Source: a virus. Taken from it: a stretch of 64,000 nt of DNA. Shown here piece after piece: positions 58,142-64,000 of the stretch (the first letter of the stretch is position 1; each line of letters starts with the position of its first letter). Where the stretch lies: positions 32,001-96,000 of the IMG/VR virus record IMGVR_UViG_3300037483_000443; one strand, given 5' to 3'. The translations under genes were made by a program, and so were the position numbers. Below the pieces are notes generated by a model that saw nothing but the letters and a program-made list of their open reading frames with translations, made no database searches and was not told the DNA's origin.

Positions 58142-58638
58142 AGTCTCTTCACGGTATTAAGATCAACTCCGTTTCGCAGGAGCTTGCGTAGTTTCATCAA
58201 ACGGCTACAGAATTCAACTTGAGTTAGCACCGTCTTACTTTCACTAGTGCGACCGATTCGGTGTGTCAAGATCAAGTCGCCAGTGTCCAAGATCGCCTGG
58301 CGAAACTTCTCATTAGCCTTAGCTAACTCCAGATATGCCCGGTCGATCAAAAGCTGGTATTCATCACTCTTTCGACAAAAGATTTCACCGTTCCACCAAA
58401 GAGCTTGCTTTGTCTTCCATTGTACGTTTCGCTCTTTACCGCGATGTTTTGCTTGAACTCCCGTCAGCTTACAAACCTCAACTTGAATGTGAGGTTTGTC
58501 AAACTTAAGAGCTTGGAGGAAGCCCTCCATAGAAGCGCACTCTACACCGTCAAGCGTAAACTTGAATGCTGTAAAGTTACTCAAATCACCGGCTGGGTAA
58601 GAACTCTTCGTACCGATGTCAAGCATATTTGCGCTCAT
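58138..58638 (-). CDS. NADAR-family protein (T4 gp30.3-like)
   Basis: LSNF..FTLDGVECASMEGFLQALKF, LWWNG, LTHRIG, VLTQVEF. Confidence 0.82.
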   Translation of the reverse strand: MSANMLDIGTKSSYPAGDLSNFTAFKFTLDGVECASMEGFLQALKFDKPHIQVEVCKLTGVQAKHRGKERNVQWKTKQALWWNGEIFCRKSDEYQLLIDRAYLELAKANEKFRQAILDTGDLILTHRIGRTSESKTVLTQVEFCSRLMKLRKLLRNGVDLNTVKRL

Positions 58639-59168
58639 TTTGCTGTTCCGTATAGTTTGATGAGTGACTTTACTTCATCCCAGTTCGAGGCGTGATGGTC
58701 TCGCGGAGGTTTGTAAGTCGTTTGGTAACGTCTTGGTTCCCATCCGTGAGTAGGTGAGTTACCGAAACGAATCACTGTCCCCTCGAACTGATGAGCATTT
58801 GCCCATGCAGGAAAATCGTCGATTAGAAAGTCGCGGTGGGTTCCCACACAACCTTTGTCAGGAGAAATGATGATGTGGTCTTCCATGAAGGGAGCATGTT
58901 CGTACAACCACTGAATCTTTTCTGTAGCTGCGAGAGGGTTCTCCGATGGAATTTTTGTTAACATCATTGGGAAGTAACCGTTATCGAGCAACCACTTCAA
59001 ACCGTCTATCGCTCCGGGAATAGGTTTCAAATCACGATAGATTCCAGGAAGCTTCTTGAACTCAGTAGCAGTCATGCCAACAGACTTGAAGCCGCCTTCA
59101 AAGTCAGCAACTACGCCATCCATGTCAACATAGACACGAATCAAGTCAGGATATTCACGGATGCTCAT
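58635..59168 (-). CDS. HAD-family 5'(3')-deoxyribonucleotidase
   Basis: VDMDGVVADF, EKIQW, DK, LIDD. Confidence 0.85.
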   Translation of the reverse strand: MSIREYPDLIRVYVDMDGVVADFEGGFKSVGMTATEFKKLPGIYRDLKPIPGAIDGLKWLLDNGYFPMMLTKIPSENPLAATEKIQWLYEHAPFMEDHIIISPDKGCVGTHRDFLIDDFPAWANAHQFEGTVIRFGNSPTHGWEPRRYQTTYKPPRDHHASNWDEVKSLIKLYGTAK

Positions 59169-59203
59169 AAAGATTCCTAGTGATGTCTTTGTAATTACCG
59201 GCT

Positions 59204-59590
59204 CTAATCTGCCATGAGCTTGTTATGTTCAACAACGTCTTTAAGGTTTGAACCTTTGAGCACTTTTGGGCAAAAAGAAACAACTTCCGGTACAAGTGTT
59301 GTTTTGTTGATGATGTCTTGAACCGATTGAGAGATCTGTTTGGTGGCTGTGGGGAGAGGTATGCTAAAGAGAGGTATGCTCTTGAAATCACCATTCACCA
59401 TTTGAACCATTTCTTTGACAGTTCTTGCGATTTCATCTTCTCTCTCATCACCAGTCATTACGTTGACTTTAGCAAGCCAATCTTCATTCCAAGTAATGCC
59501 AAACTTCACAAGTCCACTCTCGGCTTTGACATGAGAGATGACCTCATCTCTCAGAGCGACGTACGGCATGATGAATGCACCTACAGGCAT
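59204..59590 (-). CDS. Hypothetical protein
   Basis: AAGGAG SD before ATG 59590. Confidence 0.5.
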   Translation of the reverse strand: MPVGAFIMPYVALRDEVISHVKAESGLVKFGITWNEDWLAKVNVMTGDEREDEIARTVKEMVQMVNGDFKSIPLFSIPLPTATKQISQSVQDIINKTTLVPEVVSFCPKVLKGSNLKDVVEHNKLMAD

Positions 59591-59594
59591 GACA

Positions 59595-59750
59595 TCACTC
59601 CTTGTCAGCCGAACCGCGTTGAATAGATTGGCGACGCTTAAGCGCCAACATAGAAGCATGGGCTTCCAGCATACCGCGACGCTGAGATTTGGACTGGCCG
59701 ATCAGCATGATCTTGAGAGACTTTGGGCACTTGAAGTGTTTGTCGAGCAT
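59595..59750 (-). CDS. 51-aa basic early peptide (absent from ORF track)
   Basis: GGAG SD; MLDKHFKCPKSLKIML..GSADKE; first gene after promoter. Confidence 0.6.
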   Translation of the reverse strand: MLDKHFKCPKSLKIMLIGQSKSQRRGMLEAHASMLALKRRQSIQRGSADKE

Positions 59751-59787
59751 TTTTGTTTCTCCGGTTGGATTGATCTATTGAAATAAC

Positions 59788-59817
59788 ATTTTAACACATA
59801 CATCTGTGAAAGTAAAC
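59788..59817 (-). promoter_or_regulatory. Early promoter variant
   Basis: GTTTAC..TGTTAAAAT. Confidence 0.65.
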
Positions 59818-59828
59818 AAGAAAGTGAA

Positions 59829-59858
59829 ACGGCGTTGATCAATTAAGACCGACGCCGT
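59829..59858 (-). terminator. Intrinsic terminator-like hairpin
   Basis: ACGGCGTTG..CGACGCCGT stem followed by U-rich tract on minus strand. Confidence 0.55.
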
Positions 59859-59977
59859 CATGTCATTGAAGCACAAGTCCTGCAGTCAATTACTACTTAA
59901 GACTAATGGATTACCTTAATCAGCAGCATTGATGAATGTAGCACCGATGATCGTACAGAGCAAGACAGTGACTTATT

Positions 59978-60010
59978 AAACCTGAGGACTTTGACAAGTA
60001 CCTCAGGCTT
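59978..60010 (-). terminator. Hairpin downstream of the release factor gene
   Basis: CCTGAGG..CCTCAGG inverted repeat. Confidence 0.55.
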
Positions 60011-60049
60011 GGTTGGACGTTTAGATCTTAAGACCTTTTATAGCATCTC

Positions 60050-60685
60050 TTAACCGATTTTTTCACCGGTGACATGGTTTGTTACAATGTCATCTTGGCT
60101 ACGATATGTTTTAATCTTATCACCACGCATCCCAGCTCCTCGAAGATCTCTCTTTTCATCGTTCTTTCGTTTCTGCTCTTGATTAGAAAAATAACTTCTA
60201 ACTTTTGCTTCAAGAAGAGATCTAGCATTTTTCTTGTTGGTATGTTGACAACGCTCTCTAGCAATTGCTTCTATTCCAGTAGGAATGTGCCGCATGACAA
60301 CACATGAGTCTGTTGTATTAACATGTTGTCCACCCGGACCGCTAGATTTCTTGGTGAAGACCGTGATGTCACGATCGTTCAACTTCCACTCAGCTTCTTC
60401 TGGAACGATCATTGCTACTACCGTCACTGTTGAAGTGTGAACTCGTCCTTTACGTTCAGTGGGTGGGATTCGTTGCCACCGGTGACCGCCCGACTCTTGG
60501 AGCAATCCCCGGACGAGATTGTCTGGCCCATCGATCGTTAGATTGATTCAGCCGTGTTGCTCTTCAAAGTCAACTCGAGCGTTGATCCGCTCTGCAAATC
60601 GTGCGTAGATGGTAGCTTGGTCATTGACCAAGAGCTTTGCGTCTTCTCCGCCCTCACCTGGGCGGATCTCTAAACTGATCTTCAT
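60050..60685 (-). CDS. RF1-type peptide chain release factor lacking domain 1, with in-frame TGA at codon 46 (60548-60550)
   Basis: AGGAG SD, then MKISLEIRPGEGGEDA..EEQHG*INLTIDG..ESGGHRWQRIPPTERKGRVHTS..SSGPGGQHVNTTDS, all in one frame. Confidence 0.88.
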
Positions 60686-60737
60686 GTCTTTCTCCTAGTT
60701 GTGTTGTTTTCTTGAACTTCAAGTGAACATATCAACG

Positions 60738-61724
60738 CTAGGAGTCTTTCTTTCCAACAAGGTGTCCTGTTCCATTGCAACAAGAACATTCTGAGATTGG
60801 TTGATTTAGATGAAACATTAGCTCGTTAAGATAAAGCCTTACATTCTCGATCAAGTCTTCAAGAGAATTACCCTTGAAACCTTCGATCGGAGTGTAGCCT
60901 TTGTACTTGTTGATGTTGTCTGTCATCTCGAAAATCTCAACTAATTTCGTGGTGACAGTACGATTAGTGATGCGAGGGCGAGCGTATGATTTCCCATTTG
61001 GCTTCTTCTCTTCGTAAGTGTTCACGATCGGTTTGATCTGAATCTTTTTCTTGACAGTAAAGCAGAAGTCATAGTCACTCGTAACTTCAGCATACATGCG
61101 ATCAAGGTTCTCCTTGACATATTGACGCACAATCTTGTATGATTGTGCTGAAGTGATGTAACATGGACGCTTGTGCAAGAGCAAGTCGGGGATCAACATC
61201 TTCTCAAGTTCGTACCAATTCACGACCGTGCTCAAGTCAAGTTCTTTAACCTTCTCCCATGCTCCGTCGTTCTTGATTCGAATCTTCATGTCTGATATGC
61301 TTCCAGGCAACTCGACTTCGATTTCGCCACAGTACTTGAATTCTGCAGGGTTGGTTACCCACTTGGAGGGTTCTTGATCAAATTCAGAACGATACAGTGA
61401 CTGGAGCGTTGCGTGTTTTCCAGTCCATTCTCCGTCGTTATCATTGACCTCGGCTGGCCAGAGAACTGGCTGGAACCTATCTGCTAGAGATTCATCGATC
61501 AAAATGTACCGCTTGTTGATGAAACTACCGGTAGTGAACACTTCGTAAGATGAAGCTTCAGTTTCACCGGGGACAAAGTACCAAGACTGGTGAAAAGTAG
61601 GCATGATCGTCTGACCATTGATGCGGTGGCGATTTACGTCAAATACTTTCTGCCGTTCGCTTCCGTAGAACACAGAAGAAGCAACGTAGATGCCATTTGC
61701 TGACTTGTACCAATCAATTTTCAT
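60738..61724 (-). CDS. Hypothetical protein with C-terminal CxxCxGxG
   Basis: GAGGAG SD, MKIDWYK; TSDYDFCFTVKK; ECSCCNGTG. Confidence 0.7.
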   Translation of the reverse strand: MKIDWYKSANGIYVASSVFYGSERQKVFDVNRHRINGQTIMPTFHQSWYFVPGETEASSYEVFTTGSFINKRYILIDESLADRFQPVLWPAEVNDNDGEWTGKHATLQSLYRSEFDQEPSKWVTNPAEFKYCGEIEVELPGSISDMKIRIKNDGAWEKVKELDLSTVVNWYELEKMLIPDLLLHKRPCYITSAQSYKIVRQYVKENLDRMYAEVTSDYDFCFTVKKKIQIKPIVNTYEEKKPNGKSYARPRITNRTVTTKLVEIFEMTDNINKYKGYTPIEGFKGNSLEDLIENVRLYLNELMFHLNQPISECSCCNGTGHLVGKKDS

Positions 61725-61735
61725 GTCTTCTCCTC

Positions 61736-62065
61736 TCAGAGGAACGAGATACTTGCTTTTGCCTTGAAAGTTCCAGCTTTCTGAACTTCCGGCCAATATT
61801 TAATGACGTCTTCGATCAGGTCAAGTGACGTTCTAAAGTCGGCTTCGATCGTCTGAATGCCTGCGCTGTACGCAAGAGGGTCTCCCTCTTCAGTGATGAA
61901 CGTCACACTATTATCGCCAATCAAATCTTTTTCAGTGGACTTTGCGAACGTCATCATGATACGTCCACAAAGTGTATAGGTACGAAGCACGGTGTCTCCG
62001 AACTGTCCGCTCATTCCGCGAACGTTGCAGGCCTCGATGATGTCAAACAGACCTTTGCGGTACAC
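61736..62065 (-). CDS. Hypothetical protein (start uncertain)
   Basis: 109-aa ORF. Confidence 0.45.
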   Translation of the reverse strand: MYRKGLFDIIEACNVRGMSGQFGDTVLRTYTLCGRIMMTFAKSTEKDLIGDNSVTFITEEGDPLAYSAGIQTIEADFRTSLDLIEDVIKYWPEVQKAGTFKAKASISFL

Positions 62066-62178
62066 ATGTCGCAGAAACTTGTCAAATGTTTGTTGAAGTA
62101 CGTACTTTTGAGCGTTGCAGTATCGTTCATTTGACTACAGTTTTCTGTCCTCCCCGGGTTTCAATCCGGATCAACGGT

Positions 62179-62380
62179 GCACCAACCCAACCGTATAAGT
62201 GAGAAGTTCCCACGATCTGTTTGGCTTGCTGCCTATATCACGGTAGTAGTAACGAACATGTGTTAGTTTCCAAAACTATGAGCTTATGCCCTTTATTACT
62301 TTTGCACTTCTTCTACACGCTTCTCACGGCAGTCCCGAACTTCCTCTACACAACATAAGTGTGCAGCGATAGGCCGGACG
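62179..62380 (-). ncRNA. rnpB: RNase P RNA-like sequence lacking its 3' conserved end
   Basis: AUCGCUG-P3-GAGGAAGUUCGGGAC; P5 CUGCC/GGCAG then CAAG; P6-like GUGAGAAG/CUUCUCAC; CR-II-like AGUGCAAAAG; P15 GCCAA/UUGGU; no P2/P4 3' strands found. Confidence 0.65.
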
Positions 62381-62386
62381 TTAAAC

Positions 62387-62461
62387 TGGTCTCTCTACCC
62401 AGACTTGAACTGGGATCTAAAACTTAGGAGGTTCTTATGCTATCCATTGCACTATAGAGAG
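62387..62461 (-). tRNA. tRNA-Arg(CCU)
   Basis: CTCTCTA/TAGAGAG acceptor, A73, CCA; anticodon arm AGAAC-CTCCTAA-GTTTT; T arm CCCAG-TTCAAGT-CTGGG. Confidence 0.88.
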
Positions 62462-62487
62462 ATTGACCTTCTTATATCACGCTCACC

Positions 62488-62565
62488 TCTAGGGCTCTTT
62501 GCCCAAACTGTCATTCACAAACTTCAACTTGGAGAAAAGCAAAATCTCATCCAAACTGGAACTGA
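62488..62565 (+). pseudogene. C-terminal remnant of an HNH endonuclease
   Basis: SRALCPNCHSQTSTWRK matches the LCPNCHSQT end of HNH nucleases; no start codon. Confidence 0.6.
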
Positions 62566-62576
62566 GCTACGAGGGC
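62560..62576 (-). pseudogene. 5' fragment of a tRNA gene
   Basis: GCCCTCG-TA-GCTCAGTT = acceptor 5' strand plus D-arm start; remainder absent. Confidence 0.45.
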
Positions 62577-62580
62577 TATG

Positions 62581-62796
62581 TTACGACTCAAGAACCTTAT
62601 TACGATAGAAAGAGATCATCATGTAATCTGGGAAGGGTTTGAGAACTTCAGAAAGAAAGTTCATCTCGTCTGAACGATAACCACTCAGTTTGTGATCTTG
62701 AATACACGCCATGTAGATCTTTTCAGCATCAACACGTGCTGTTTTATCTCCTTCGGCAAAACGCCGAACTACATTCTTTTCTTCGTTCGTCAACAT
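62581..62796 (-). CDS. Hypothetical protein
   Basis: GGAGG SD before MLTNEEK. Confidence 0.55.
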   Translation of the reverse strand: MLTNEEKNVVRRFAEGDKTARVDAEKIYMACIQDHKLSGYRSDEMNFLSEVLKPFPDYMMISFYRNKVLES

Positions 62797-63038
62797 TTCA
62801 TTACCTCCACATCTATTTAATGCGTTTGGTCCAGCGATAAACTCTCTTCTCACCATTGTCATTCACTGTGATAGGGTATCCACAAGATTAACGAACTGGT
62901 CAATCTTCCAGAATTTAAGGACACCATTCAGGTGGACAACACTTTAACTACACCAAGCTATTTGATTGTATATAGTGAGAACTTTACTAACCGTGAAGCA
63001 TTCCTGTCCAAAGTGGAAGAGTTCTATTCAAAGAACAG

Positions 63039-63203
63039 TTAATGGTGATCCCGCCCAATTATAATTAGGGCAACGCCGCACAAGATGGCAATTATGCTAG
63101 GAATAAAATGTCCCCACGAATGTTGGTTTGGTGTGGATGTCAAGAGGCAAAAAAGAATGGTGTTACTCACTACCAACAATATTCCAAAAATTGTATTGTT
63201 CAT
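63039..63203 (-). CDS. Small two-TM membrane protein
   Basis: AAGGA SD; hydrophobic. Confidence 0.45.
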   Translation of the reverse strand: MNNTIFGILLVVSNTILFCLLTSTPNQHSWGHFIPSIIAILCGVALIIIGRDHH

Positions 63204-63432
63204 GTCAGATCCTTCAGGATAAACCTTAAACACCAGTTGATATGATGCACTTCATACCAAGCACATCACCGTGCTTGTTGGTATACGTTTCACTTTGAAT
63301 TCCGGCAGCGTTGCACTTTGCAGATCAGCCAGACAAACAGGCCTTGCAAGATGAACGCAATTACGATAATCATGATCCATGAAATATAGAAAATGATGAA
63401 CGCAATGATCGCAATGAACTTCAAGAAAGTTT

Positions 63433-63831
63433 TCATATTAAGACCTTGTGCAACAATGCGTAAACGTCTTTTGGATCCAACTTGTAGAGCTTGTTGTCAC
63501 CAGAGATAAGCTTTCCGATCACGGTAACACGACCCTTCATACCCATGATCTCGTAGGTACGAGTACCGAAGACTACTTTCTTACCGATGTCATCGGTCGA
63601 CAAGCCTTGAGAGAATCCATTGCGTTGCATGTCACGGAAGAACGTCGGATCAACGTCGCCCATGACGTCTTTACTGAGAAACTCGATCTGTTTCAACTTG
63701 AAACCAGTTCCGTTGGCATCATACGTGATGTTGCTACTACCGAGGCTCAGATTATGCTTCTTTGCAACAGCTTCCAATGCTTCTCTGATGTCTTTGTGAA
63801 TGATCGCGATGTTTTGTTTGGTGATTGCCAT
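63433..63831 (-). CDS. Hypothetical early protein
   Basis: GGAGG SD; first gene after early promoter. Confidence 0.7.
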   Translation of the reverse strand: MAITKQNIAIIHKDIREALEAVAKKHNLSLGSSNITYDANGTGFKLKQIEFLSKDVMGDVDPTFFRDMQRNGFSQGLSTDDIGKKVVFGTRTYEIMGMKGRVTVIGKLISGDNKLYKLDPKDVYALLHKVLI

Positions 63832-63855
63832 GTTACCTCCGATTGCGATAGTGAA

Positions 63856-63884
63856 ATTATATCACCTTGCACCGGAAAGTAAAC
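63856..63884 (-). promoter_or_regulatory. T4-like early promoter
   Basis: GTTTACTTTCCGGTGCAAGGTGATATAAT. Confidence 0.8.
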
Positions 63885-64000
63885 ACTTTATCAACGTTTT
63901 GATGCGTTGAAAACGATGATTTGTTCAGCTTGAGTCTTACAAGCTTTCAATTTCTTGGCTAACTCGGACTTTGGATTTTGGCGGATGAACTCTGCCATGA

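Noticed and set aside
1-64000. Genome-wide stop-codon reassignment (TGA or TAG)
   Set aside because: Code-11 ORFs tile densely, conserved enzymes are uninterrupted, and many genes end in TGA with ATGA coupling; only the release factor has an internal stop.

Overview
Segment of a large lytic tailed dsDNA phage (jumbo myovirus-like, with T4-style early GTTTAC/TGnTATAAT and late TAAATA promoters). 1-17.2 kb (+) holds baseplate, tail-fibre and holin-like genes. 17.3-64 kb (mostly -) holds head-internal proteins, the replisome (helicase, primase, RNase H, clamp, family B polymerase), nucleotide/NAD enzymes, a tRNA-maintenance set, two intact tRNAs and three antisense homing endonucleases. Top observations: (1) a stop-codon module, i.e. 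a domain-1-less RF1-type release factor whose gene has an in-frame UGA, plus an early amber-suppressor tRNA(CUA), in a genome that otherwise uses the standard code; (2) a ~48-aa module in about 18 copies across four virion proteins, inserted into loops and nested inside itself; (3) the DNA polymerase split inside its proofreading domain by an antisense HNH gene; (4) a RimK-RimB-like fusion ending in EEYEEEE; (5) an RNase P RNA-like sequence lacking its 3' core in a decaying tRNA cluster. All assignments come from manual motif recognition; no searches were run.
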